Under the pieces are notes generated by a model that did not search any database, was not told the origin of the DNA, and worked only from the letters and a program-made list of their open reading frames with translations. Positions 12,601-24,750 of a stretch of 64,000 bases of DNA are shown piece by piece. Source of the stretch: Macrostomum lignano (lineage: Eukaryota); assembly GCA_002269645.1 (NCBI GenBank), contig NIVC01002398.1, forward strand, positions 1 to 64,000, written 5' to 3'. The translations under genes and the position numbers were made by a program. Positions within the stretch are counted from its first letter, which is position 1; each line of letters begins with the position of its first letter.

Positions 12601-13464
12601 TGTGACTGCTTCTGACTTGTTACTAACCAGTTTTAGGCAACACTACTCTGCCCTGTCTATGTCGCCTTGCGTGCGTCCTTTCTCTCTCTCTCTGCCCGCG
12701 CTGTAGAGGGGGGAGGGCGTTACTCGGCTCTGCGTGCATGGGGTGGTGACCCGATGGGGGGTGGGCGCCGTCGCCCTTATATTTGCGTCTTGCTCCGTCT
12801 AATCAGCGGTTTTGGCTGCCTGCGACAACTCAAAGTTTTTTCTCTAAAGTTCTTCTTTGCATCACTGTTTTAATTGGTTTTGCCAACTACACTTTGATTT
12901 CGAACTTTTGCTTTTACGTGCCATTGCTGCTTTTGTATCTTCTCTAGATTTAAAACCACCCACGACTATGAATTGCTGACTCACTCCGAAGATGCACTGC
13001 AGGCGAAGGCCAGTCGCTGTCGTCCGCCTTCCACACCTTCGCACCGACCTGAGATCCGATGACTTGCTGCACCTGATTTGCTGAGATTGACAGCTTGGCG
13101 GTTGTTATGGTGACCATCTCGCACGTGGCATTGCTCTCCACCGAGACGGCAGCGCTGCAGCTCACCCTCTGGCACTTTGCTAGACAGTCGATATGAGTAG
13201 CCTTGGTTGTTGTCGTGACGTTGTTGTAGGCGTTCAGAACGGCTTCCAGCATGTGAAGCTGCTGCTCTGAGCACACAGAATAGGTCCGCAAACTGGTGGT
13301 GCCTTGTACTCGAAGCACGAGAGAGCAGCAAACTGCATTGGTGCAATTCGCAGTCAGTAATGAATAGCATGCATTGAATAACTGTGAGCAGCGGTTTTGA
13401 GTCAGGAAGGGAGTCACTTACCGAATAAGAAAAGTAATTTTAAAGACAAAATTTTATCAGTCAT
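9619..13464 (-). CDS. Secreted PAN-like + ALK/LTK-type glycine-rich domain protein, copy B (402 aa)
   Basis: Exons 13464-13422, 13332-12985, 10523-10203, 10115-9619; GT-AG, phase 1, open frame of 1209 nt. Intron 2 is enlarged to about 2.46 kb by a retroelement. Confidence 0.85.
10595..12953 (+). mobile_element. Deleted Ngaro-like (DIRS order) retroelement with split direct repeats A1-gag-B1-A2-B2
   Basis: A1 ~10595-10850 matches A2 ~12591-12850 (tgcgttggtytgtgact...ccagtttta...gtgtcgccytgc). B1 ~12515-12590 matches B2 ~12888-12953 (cgtgscaWtgctgct...atcttct..tagRtttaa). Absent from the equivalent intron of paralogs. No RT or tyrosine recombinase recognised. Confidence 0.7.
10872..11730 (+). 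pseudogene. Degenerate gag-like ORF of the Ngaro-like element (SAP-like motif + C-terminal zinc knuckle)
   Basis: SDIDRLKMAQVLTALRDNGLPASVNKQELIKRL resembles a SAP motif; (W)NIVF(x)YDEDM near 11415-11445; ICAFFNRNQGGPGQPCNFAYVCWICELCPSAH at ~11614-11710 resembles DIRS/Ngaro gag Cys/His knuckles. Several stops and frameshifts. Confidence 0.6.
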
Positions 13465-13577
13465 GCTCTCTTGATTGTCGGCATTCGATTTCTTGCGATT
13501 CTTCTTGAGCAGAAGGCTTGAGAGATAGCTAATTTTGACTACTAAAGTCGCGAATCAATTACTCATATGTCCGTTGC

Positions 13578-13714
13578 TTATATACTCGCAGGCGGGAAGC
13601 AGAGTGGGGTTGGTGCTATTTGTTTTTGAGAGCTGCTTGTGAGAAGACGCTTGCTAGAGACTAAATCAAGTAGATGTGGAAGTAAGTCTGAGCAGAGGCA
13701 GGTTCGCAGCCAAT
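13578..13714 (-). promoter_or_regulatory. Putative core promoter of glycine-rich gene family (TATA-like box + CCAAT)
   Basis: Minus-strand TATATAA at 13584-13578, about 114 nt before the ATG, next to a conserved ggcgggaagc; CCAAT at 13710-13714. Equivalent TATA-like boxes at 18770-18776, 36881-36887 and 43222-43228; CCAAT also at 18905. Confidence 0.5.
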
Positions 13715-13853
13715 CCCAGACTTGAGCTGCCCTCATGGCTCAGGAGCTTTGTCTATCGATGGCTTTTGGGTGCTGCTCTGCAGGAGCTTCTTAAATAGTA
13801 ATCATAATTGCAGGAGAGTTGTCGTTGCCTTACACAGAAAGCGGTGCGGCAAT

Positions 13854-13972
<119 letters not shown>

Positions 13973-13998
13973 AAAGTATCAAATTTGTTTACAATTTT

Positions 13999-14032
13999 CG
14001 ACGCGTTTCGCACACTAAGGTGCATCATCAGG
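13999..14032 (-). ncRNA. Minimal hammerhead-ribozyme-like motif (Penelope-like element type)
   Basis: Minus strand: C-CTGATGA-T-GCAC-cttagt-GTGC-GAAA-CGCG-TC-G. Shows the core, a 4-bp stem II and a palindromic stem III; stem I is only 1 bp. Confidence 0.5.
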
Positions 14033-15329
14033 TTTATTCCGCAATGATTGATCAAACAATTGAAACGAACTGAGACAATTCGTATTAAATAGTGTCGGCA
14101 TATTAATGTGGGAACGGCATTCAGCATGGTTTAATAAAACTGTGAGGTTGAACTGAATAGCCAGGGGTAGGAAACGTCAAACAGAACAATGCTGATCAAA
14201 TTTTAAAATGTCAGTGGTGCGGTGAGCGCATCATCAGCACACGCGGACAGCGTGAGCTACGCCACTATCCATAATCTTGGTGCTGAGGGCTTCCACGTTG
14301 GCTTCCGGCCTGGCTGTTGTGAAAAAAAACTGAAGAAAAAACAAATAAGAATGGGCTCCTGCTCTGAGAAAGTCGATATCATTTTTTGCATCCAAGCTTT
14401 GGACCTCCGCATTGTTTCACAAACGGCAGCATAAGGGGTTTGGTAGTTGCGGAAGCTGCCGAAAAAATTGCTAGAGCCCGTCTCGCGCTGTCTTTCTGTG
14501 GAGACGGAAGTAAAGGGACCGGCGTAACACAACTGTCTTGCTTTTTTTAAATTCGATGGTGTACCGCAGCAGTATGATATTGATTTTTTTTCATATGAGC
14601 TCCGAGATTTAGGTTTTTGGGCTTTTGGGCTTACTTGTCTTACTCCATTGACGCCCGGACACGGTGGATAGGACGCAAAAACCATACGCCAGTTTTAATA
14701 ATAGAATCAGCATTTATTTTTTGTGCACATATTCCTTTGTTCCTGCTCCTTTTGTTAAACTCACCCGTCCCCCTCGCGATGTGATTTTTGCGTCAATGAG
14801 AAGAGGGGCAATGAAATATCGGTAGACCAGCCCTAAAATTCCAGTCAATAATAGCAAAATAATACCGACTTTCCGCGACTTTGGCGCAGAATTTGAAGCT
14901 TAATCCCCTGAGTCGCATAAAGATGCGTTGTGGTAATTGCTGGCACAAAATAAATACCATTGACACATCACCCAGAGCCGCAGCATTTTCTGCAGAAGCG
15001 ACTCCAACTCCAATTATTTCTGGTTGTTTGCTTGGTTTGAGAAGGTATTTAACCGGTCTGTGAGTTTGCATCCGGTTTTCAGCGATACTCATTCAGAATG
15101 AGAGTAGCGTACTCCAACAGTAACTGGAAACTTGCAGTACTACAGCCGAGTCAGTTGCGTCAGACGCTGATAGATTACAAGCAGTTCAACCTGCCTCAGA
15201 TCTCTATGCTCGATCGTATGATTCATTTAAAAATCGATCTACCCCATTTATAATTCGGTCAGAAAGTTTCTCATTTGCTCATTCTCATTATTTTAAATGT
15301 TGATGATCATAATCATATGAACTGCGAAG

Positions 15330-15578
15330 GCGTTCAGGTACAGAATCAGTTCTCTTTGCAAGACTTCGGTGCCAGGACAAAGCAGGGCAGAGGCAGAGGA
15401 AAATCATTCCAATATTGAAAGAGAAGCCATAGCCATTGTTTGCGCTGTGTCTCGCCTAAAGCACTACCTTCAGAATCGGACGTTCGAGTTCCACACTGAA
15501 CATCAGCCGCTGCTCCGGCTGTATGGTTGCAGCACTCTCGCTGGCACCTCGGCGAGAATCAGTAGATGGGCACTGTAG
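15330..15578 (+). mobile_element. Ty3/gypsy RNase H remnant
   Basis: AEENHSNIEREAIAIVCAVSRLKHYLQNRTFEFHTEHQPLLRLYG...SARISRWAL matches the gypsy RT-RNase H pattern; a more decayed paralog lies at ~21480-21600. Confidence 0.8.
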
Positions 15579-17134
15579 TAACACTGACTTGAATTACTTG
15601 CCTTTAGGAAATTAAAAAAATAGCCAAAGACTTTTCCGTAGTAAGTTTAGGATGGGTGCAAATATATTTCTGCTTTTTGGTTGACAGGTTTAGGAGTCCA
15701 TAGCGATCAAATTTGTACACCGGTAAAAAGACTTTTTATGTATAGAGTACAGATTTTCTCTGATTGCAACAAAGTTATAATAGTAGCTGTCATAATCCTC
15801 AATTATTACTCCATTACACCTTTGACACCATTGGGTTTAAAGTGCCTGATTAACATTCTAAGCGTTGACTTCTACTTGATTCTCAGGATTTGTTCTCAGG
15901 CTCGTGCTGTCGATAATGGAAACCTGTTAAAACAACTGCAAACTGGAAGCTCCGTTGCCTGTCCATCTGCGCCTTGGCACAAAATGGCAGCCTCGATGGC
16001 GTCCCGCACGCAGAGCACGACGATCTTCTGCGTGTAGACACCTGCGTGTAGGCACGCTTAAGCCACACATCAATCTCAAATGTGTATAGCGAGCAGAAGG
16101 CAGCAGATTTCGCTTGCTGCGAAAAGCACGTGACGATGATGCAAAACGGACTGGAAGATATACTTGAGCACCCGAAAAAATGACAAGGTATGGCCCTTAT
16201 CGTCCAGGCGCTCCATCAGTATAGATGACACTGGTGATTCGTTTCAGCCGGGTCAGTAGAAGCCTTCCATCGTTCGCCGCCCAGATTAGGGTAGTGAACG
16301 GGGAAATCGCTCTAGGTAGATGTCTCAGACACAGCACATGGAAACCCAAGGATTCGCCTTCAAGGCAAAATGTTTAACTTGTAAGGAAAGCTATCGTTTA
16401 CAAGTTTTGCGTTCTACTTAACAAGTTTCAAAGCATGCAATTCCAATGAGCCCTGGAGTTGCAGCCGAGCGGCCTTGGCATGAGCCGAAAGCAGACACTG
16501 AAAGACAGCTGAACTCGCAAACATTTTTCGCCCGTCTAAAAAAACCTCCAGAAATTCTCTGGCAGGAAAAAAGACGAGCGGCTACGGAGAGACTAGTGCA
16601 TTCAGTATTTATTAATAATTGGGAATTGAGAACTGTTTGAGTTGTCTGAGTGCAAATTCAGTAGCAGTGAAAAATTCAAACAAAATTTCAAGGCAGTTTA
16701 GTTCGAAAAGTTTAGGAGGGAAACAGGAAAAAGTGCTGCACTACTTACAATGTTCTCATCGCCAGTAGTATAGTGCAAACAAGTCTCGAAACAGAGCTCG
16801 AAACGATTCGGCGATTTCAGGTGTTGGAATTGAGAAATGGATAGAATTCATCGGTTTAACAGAAAGAACTGTGAAAATGATGAATATGAAACTGCGAACT
16901 GATCAGATTTTTTATGCTTACTGTATTATCCTACCCTTTTTATATTGTTAGCAACTTTAATAATCCATTTACGTGCTATGCTCCCCTAATCACTATCACG
17001 ACTTCCCAAACACTAAAATTCTTGTCCCAGAAGGCAGGCGTCAAGGTTCAGAAGACCAAGCGGTGTTAATCGGTGACCATCCAAGCCAAAACTCGACTAG
17101 TTAAACCCCACCTCATCAAGCGGTTGCAGTGCCA

Positions 17135-18644
17135 TCAGGTGCCCGAGTCGCAGGCGGCTGAGGCCGACTCCAGTATGACAGACACGAAGCCCTGGTCGCC
17201 GGTCCAGGTGCCGCCGAACACGCAGCCGCCCTTGCAGAAAGAGCCGCCGCCGCCGCCGATGTGGCCGTGGCTCAATCCGGCTCCGCCGCCGCTGAAGCCG
17301 CCGCCGGCCCCAGGGGTGCCTTTCAGTGAGCTGGTCATGCTGCCGCATCCGCCGCCTCCGCCGAAGCCTCCGTCGCAGACGCTGCCGTCTCCGGCGCCGC
17401 CGCCGACCCAGCCGTCGGCCAGACTGCCGCCTCTCTCTCCGTCCGAGGAGCTCCGCCTGGGGCTGACGGCCCTGCCGAGCCAGCCGGCGCCGCAGCCTCC
17501 ATGGGTTCTATCACTTGGGGTGTCAGCGGGATTGTTGTAGCCCGGCTGACCGTTGCTGCCGCCGAATCCCGTGTATGCGCTGTTTGCTCCGATGCTGTCA
17601 GAACCGTTTATCGCAGTCTCTCCCGGCTGTCCTACATTTAAATCAATCCAACTGCCGATGTAATCTATGTAATCTAATGCCGGTTTTTGGTTCGCATATT
17701 GTAGAATCTACCCTACTGCAGCTACTGAGCTCACCATTTTCACCGGTTGATGCTCCGCCGCCTCCGCCGGCAGCCAGCAGCAGCAGCTGGTCGACCGTCC
17801 GGTACACGAAGCTGCCGCCCCCTCCACCGCCTCCTTCGATATCCAACGACGTCGAGCCGCCCATCTGGCCCACAACGATGCTCAGCTGGGTGCCGGCTGT
17901 CAGGTTGACTCTGGCGCTCACCTGGGCTCCCTGTCCTCCAGATGTGCTCCTCAGTAAGTTGTGGCCACCTCTGGCGCCGGCAGCTCTGATCAGGTAGCAG
18001 CCGGTCGTGTTGATGAGGACGCTTTGGATTGAGCCGTTTCTGCCTGTGCTGCTGTCTGCAATGGAGCAGCGTCAGCGAGTTACAGAACTGGAGTGAGTGC
18101 AATTTCTGTCTGAGCCAAAATCATGATAACCACACAGGACTAAGAATGTTATTGATGACTCACTCCGAAGCTGCACTGCAGGCGAAGGCCAGTCGGTGTC
18201 GTCCGCCTTCCACACCTTCGCACCGACCTGAGATCCGATGACTTGCTGCACCTGATTTGCTGAGATTGACAGCTTGGCGGTTGTTATGGTGACCATCTCG
18301 CACGTGGCATTGCTCTGCACCGAGACGGCGGCGCTGCAGCTCACCCTCTGGCACTTTGCTAGACAGTCTATTGCAGTAGTGGCCTTGGTTGTTGTCGTGA
18401 TGTTGTTGTAGGCGTTCAGAACGGCTTCCAGCATGTGAAGCTGCTGCTCTGAGCACACATAATAGGTCCGCAAACTGGCGCCTCGTACTCGAAGCACGAG
18501 AGAGCAGCAAACTGCATTGGTGCAATTCGCGGTCAGTAATGAACAGCATGCATGGAATAACTGTGAGCATAGGTTTTTAAGTCAAGATTGCAGTCACTTA
18601 CCGAATAAGCAAAGTAATTGTAAAGACAGAACTTTATCATTCAT
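17135..18644 (-). CDS. Secreted PAN-like + ALK/LTK-type glycine-rich domain protein, copy C (402 aa)
   Basis: Exons 18644-18602, 18511-18164, 18055-17735, 17631-17135; GT-AG, phase 1, open frame of 1209 nt. Confidence 0.85.
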
Positions 18645-19905
18645 ACTTCCAGGAGTAGCTTGATTGTCGGCCTTCAATTTTTTGTATGCTTCGTGAACAA
18701 GGGAGGCTGATAAATAGCTATTTAACTTGGCCTTTGACTACTGAAATTCCAAAATAGTTACTCTCAGTTTTTTATAGACTTGCAGGCGGGAAGCAGGTTG
18801 CGGTTGCTGCTACTTGTTTTCTGGGAGCTGCTTCTGAGAAGACGCTTGCTAGAGACTAAATCACATAGATGTGGAAGAAAGTCTGAGCAGAGGCGGGTTC
18901 GCAGCCAATCCCAGACTTGAGCTGTCCTCATGGCTCAGGAACTATCGATCTATCTATCGATGATTCTATTGGAGTTTCCTGAATAATAAGAATTACGAGC
19001 GTATAAGTTCAAGAAGGTCGCCTGTGGCACACGCAGAATCGCCAGATAATTTTCGTGTCCAACACCAAATTAATGCGGGAATCAAATCAGGATTCGTGGT
19101 GGGTTCGTTGCACCAGAGCCAGAAGCGTTTTCTCCTGTGCTTCTGCTTAGAACTTTCTTAAACCAAGGACAGAGCTGCCTCACAATTCGAAACTTTTTTT
19201 TTCTACTTGCTGAAAAAATCTACAAATATGTTAGCTCGTATCAGCGTTTTGTTAATTTCGAATCGAATATACTTTATACTAGCAGTTGCACTTGCAGTAG
19301 ATGTCATTTCAGTTAGCAACATATATATTAGAAAACAGGAATCCTCGCTGTTGGCAATAATTTTTGGGATTAGCTTCAACTGTAACGACTAAAAGTACAA
19401 GACATGTGTCTGTCGACTTGAGATGAAATTTACCACATCTAGAAGAGTGTGCATCTCCCAAAAACGATTCCTTTTTACTTTCTTTGCTCTCTTCTTGTTT
19501 ATTCCTCCAATTATCCGGTTTGAATTCGCATTCTTTCAAACAATTATTTTGCTACTCAAAGACTATAGATTCCATCAGCTTTCAACCGTCAGAGCATGGA
19601 CCCTCCTAAAAACTATTTACAAAATTGTTTCCAGTTGTTTCCCAAGGATTCAAATTTACAAATTGTACAAGGAGTTCTGGCACCAAGTAGAAATGAAAGT
19701 TTCGAATGTTTATCAGGCACTTAAATCCAACTGGTTGCATGGGTACTATATTGAATAATAATTAAGGATTATTAATTATTAATTAATGAGTTATAATTAT
19801 TGGTTTCACAGCTACTATAAGTTTGCTGGAATTGCCAAGCAGTTACTGTAGGGTCCCACGACTTGAAAGATCTCTCTCTGACTACCAACATTGGCTTGCG
19901 ATTTT

Positions 19906-19939
19906 CGACCGTTTCGCACTACCAAGGTACATCATCAGG
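19906..19939 (-). ncRNA. Second, more degenerate hammerhead-like motif (paralog of 13999-14032)
   Basis: Minus strand: CCTGATGAT-GTAC-cttggta-GTGC-GAAAC-G-GTCG. Confidence 0.4.
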
Positions 19940-22900
19940 TTTAATCTACAATGATCGGGCAACTGTTAAAACGAACCGAGACTAGTTATACGGCGTAAAT
20001 AGTGTCTAGACGTTTGGGCTTATAACAGCATTCAGGATGGTTGAAGGCAATCGTGGGGAGAAACTATAGGTAGCTACAGGTACGAGTAGGTTGGGTAAAC
20101 GGCACAATGTTGCAAGAATGTAAAGATGTCAGTGATGTGGTGAGCGTACTCTCAGCACACTCCGGAAACGTGAGCTGCATAAGCTGGGTAGTTGTAGCCT
20201 TCCGCGTTGGCTTCCGGCTAAAACGAGTGAAAAAACAAAAAAGCATGTGATCCCTGCTCTGAAAAAGTCGATGCTACACCGGAGACGAACAATATCGATT
20301 TTTTCATCCAACCTGTGGACCTCCGCAGTTTTACAAAGATATGTTTCGTTTGATAGCTGCGGAAGCTGCCGAAAAAATTTCCAGAGCCCGTCCTGCGCTG
20401 TGGTCTTGCCTGAACCCATGAGGAGAGAGGAAAGATAAGAGACCGGAGCTAACACAATTGTCTCACTTTTTAAATTCGATGTTATCCGGTAGCAGGATGA
20501 TTTTTTTACATACGCTCTGGATCTGCACTCTGCACCTGTTGGGCATTCTTGACTTCACTGCATTGAAAACCCAGCAAGACACGGTGGATAATACGCTAAA
20601 AGACCACAGGCAAGTTTTAAAAAAAATCAGCAGTCACTCTTTTGACCGAATATGCCTTTGTTCCTGCTCGTTTTGTTAAACTCACCCACCCTCCTCGCAC
20701 TTTGTGATTCTTGCTTCATCCGCCGCGTGCATGGAGAGTGAGGAAAGGAAATACCGATAGACCAGCGCCGTCACTACTGCCCTCCTCGGTCAGAATCGAT
20801 ATTTTACCGAAGCCAAATATCGAGTTAAGTTTCGGAAAGATACGAGTACAAGACTTTTTTGCAGGACTTGGCGTAGATTTTGAATCTTAATCAAATCAAA
20901 TAATCAAGTAAGTCACTTGAAGAGGCGCAGTGCAATTGCTGGCACAAAATAATCTTTCTGACTTACCATTAAAACATCACCTGGAGCCGCCGCATTTTTC
21001 CCAGAAGCAACTCCAACTGCTTCTGGTATTTTGTTGAGTTGCGGAGTTTAATCAGTCTGTGATTTTGCATCCGGTTGGATACTCATTTAGACTAAGAGTA
21101 GCGTTTTCCAACAGATTGGAAACTGGAACCTTGCAGTACTGCAGCGGGGCTGTTGCTTCAGAAGCTGATAGATTACAAACATTTTCTGCACAAACATTTT
21201 CTCTAGTCATCGAATACTCCAGCAACTAGCTCGCATTTGACCTGTTTCACCTGCCTTGATTTTGTCTTCTTATAACGCATCATCCCGCGGCACCGAAGAC
21301 CGCAAGCAGACTTGCTATCTGTTCGCAGTTCAACTTGTCTCAGATCCCTATGATTCATATAAGAATCGACCGACTCCATTAGGAATTCGGTCACAATGCT
21401 TCTCATTTGCTCATTTTTATTTTTAAATCCTGATGATCTTCGGAGCTAAATGAGCTGCGGAGGCCATCAAATACCTAAGCAGTCCTCGTTGCATGGCTGC
21501 CATGCCCGGACCGAGCAGAGGCAAAGGAAAATTATTCAAATATGCGCTCGTAGAAGAGCAGCCCTAGCCATTGTTCGGGCTGACAAGGTCGAGTTTAAAG
21601 TTTAAAGTTTGAGATCCACAATGACTATCAGTTTTGTCCAGCTGTATGGTGACAGCATTCCTGCCGGTACCTCGGTGAAAATCGGTAATCTTCGGCGAGA
21701 ATAGGTCAAATTTGTACACCGGCACACAAACTTTTTCTTTTTTATATACTCAGATACTCTCTGATTGCAACAAAGATATATTAGCTGTCATAATCCTTAA
21801 TTATTGTTCCACACCTTTGAAACCAGTTGGATTTAAGTGCCTGATTAAGATTATAAACGTTAACTTCTACCTGAAGCCAGAACTTTTGCGTGTACTGGGT
21901 GCTTCGGCGCATTCTTTCCTTGGGCTTGTAGATGAAGAGCTTGAAGGTGAGATCATGCACAATCAGATAGACGAGTCACCTGCTCCCGCCCGGCATGAAG
22001 ATGAGAGCATGCACAATCAGATAGATGATAGCTCGTAAGATGATACAGCTTATTTAAATAGTTTTCATTGTTTATTTGTTACTAATCATAAGTATCTATA
22101 TCTTCTGCCATCGCAATCTGCATATTTTTAAGCCATTCCATGCGATATCTCTAGAAACTGTTGTCTGTTTCTGTTTGACCCAATTCCAGCCATCCTTGTC
22201 GGTTACCGATGCACCAAATTCAGAGAGTTTCTGCCGTGGACTTGAGAAATCTCCCCAGTTTGATTCGGGACTTGATGGGACATGATGGGACTTGACATGG
22301 AGACATGGGGCCGTCTGCTCGCTTGTGGTTATATTAAAATCACTTCAGCATAGCGTGCCGCAACTGCAGAATACACCAGAACGCCCAGTCGCCTGGCGGA
22401 ATGCGTATTGAATTAAAGTTCTTTAGATGCTACTTTTCCTGTGGTGATTAATAAGTAGTTTTAATACTACTTAACTGTTTCAGTAAGAGAGCTGTAACTG
22501 CTTCAATAAATTTTACTACCTGGTGTATGGTTTTACGTCAACAAAAAAAGCATTTGTTACAGCGACTCGAATTTCCTTTTTGCTCAATTGTAGAATCCTA
22601 ATTTGAAAAAAAAACATTCTAAATGTACAGGACGTTGAAAGCTTTCTCCCTTACTTTGACTGCTTGCAAGGGATCCTGCTCAATGGTACGCTGTGTGGTT
22701 TCTAGCTCATAAAAGCGCAAGCACTTGCACCAAGGTTATCTATAAATGTAGCTTTTTGCAGCCCATTTGGACTTACGTATAAGATAATAGCTTTATAATG
22801 CGCATTCTGTGGTCAGAAAGTCCGAGGTCGCATATAATGGTCTTGAGGCGAGCTATTATAGTATATAAAATACGATTGCTTATTTAATCGTTAAAAAAAT

Positions 22901-23169
22901 TGTACTATTCTGAGCCGGGAATGTGTTGTCTGTGGTAATTTTTAACAAAAACTAGGATATTATATCATACGAGGCCAACTCCTCCGTTGGCGGAGTAAGG
23001 GGATAGAACTCCCATTGCCAGAATTTCATTCCCTGAAATCCATCAGCTGAATCCAATGACACGAATCCCATCGTCCAAATCCTCTCCAAATCCTCTATTA
23101 ACCCCCAAAAAATCATGTTGTTTTACCTGTTTGCAAAAATTGACTGCCTGCCATTGTCCAGATTGAGAC

Positions 23170-24750
23170 TCTCGTCTGTCCCTCTCTCATCTTTGCTCTC
23201 TCATCTCTAATCTCTCCTATCTCCTCTCTGCTCTCATCTGCTCGTTTATCAATCATTTCTCATCTCATCTCTTATCTCTCATCTCTACTCTCCTATCTCT
23301 CCTTTCTGCACTCTCATATCTAGACTCTCTTCTTTCTCCTCACTACTTTCTCCTCTACTTTTTCCTCTCTTCTCTTTTATCTCTTCACTCTCCTCTCCTT
23401 TATCTCCTCTCTGCTCTCTCATCTTTCTAATTTCTCCCCTCTCCTCTCTCCCTTATCCTCTCGCTTCTCTCTCCTCTCTCTCCCCTCATCTTTACTCATT
23501 TATCTCTTCTCTCTCGTCTTTTGGCTCTACTCCCTCCTGTCTCCTCTTTCTCCTCTCTTACCCCCTCTCCTCTCTCCTCTCAATTCCCCCATCTCTTCTC
23601 TCGCCTTTATTCTCTTTTTCTTTTCTCTAATCTGCCCTTTTGATTCTCTCTTTTCATGTTCTCTTTCCTCTAATATTTTATTCACTCTTTCCTTTCTCTT
23701 TTCTCTATTCCCTTTCATTTAGCCATTTCATCCTCTCTATGAAACAGATATCATCAAAATCATCTCCGTTAAATGCAATCCAGCGTGTATCATCTCCTTC
23801 AAGCTACAATCCATCATTTAAAAAAATATTATCTCTATCAAATTTCAGTCACTCAAGACTATGAAACTGAAGTCAATAAAATATGCTTTTTACTTGTCTG
23901 GATATACGTCAAAAAATTTAAAAAATCCTCCATAAAACCTCTGAAATATCATAGCATGTTTTCCCTGTTTGCAAAAATTGACTGCCAGGTCCAGACTGAG
24001 ACTCTCTCCTGTCTCCTCTCTCCTCTTTGCTCCTTTATCTAATCTCTTCTCTCTGCTCTCATCTCCTCTCTCCTCTCCACTCTTACTTTCTTATCAATCA
24101 CCTCCCATCTCTCATCTCTCCTCTCTGCGCTCTTATCTCTTTTTTCTTATCTCTATTCTCTCATCTTTTCCCTTTGCTCTCTCATTTCTTTTCTCATCTC
24201 TCTCCTGAGTCCTCTCTCTCTTCTCTTCTCGCTTCTCTCTCTCCCGTCTTCTCTCCTGTCTTCTCTCAATTCTCTCTTATCTCTCTTCTTCTCTCCCATC
24301 TCTCATCTCTACTCGCTTATCTATCGCCTCTCCTCTACCCTGCCCTCTCTCTCTCTTCTCTTTTCTCTCTCGTCTCTTCTCTCTGCTCTCATTTCTCATA
24401 CTCCTATTTTCTCTCTTACCCTCTCCTTTTTCATCTCTCATCTTTCCCCTCTCCTCTCTACCGTCTCCTGTCTCATCTCTCATCTCTCTTCTCTCTCCTC
24501 TGTACTCTCTTATCCCTCTCTCCTCCCATCTTTCCTCCCTCCTTTGCTCTCTCATTTTTCCTCTCTCCCCTCCTTTCTTCCCTCTACATTCTCTTCTCTT
24601 CGCTCTCCCTCTTCATCATTCCCGCCTCACTCCCCTCTTTTCTCCCCTCTGTCGTCGACTCGTCTTTAATCTCACAGCTCTCATATCTACTGTCTTTTCC
24701 ATCATCTTTCTATCCTCTCTTCTCCTTGAAATCTCTTCTCTCTACTCTCT
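23170..24750. repeat. Two CT-rich polypyrimidine low-complexity tracts (23170-23730, 24000-24750)
   Basis: Degenerate (CT)n/(CTCT)n tracts, each preceded by the same ~100-bp leader (cctgtttgcaaaaattgactgcc...ccagaYtgagactctc). Confidence 0.9.

Noticed and set aside
19400-19620. VHALTVESxWN on the minus strand, reminiscent of a Merlin/ISXO2 transposase motif
   Set aside because: Interrupted by stops, with no other supporting motifs; too weak to call.
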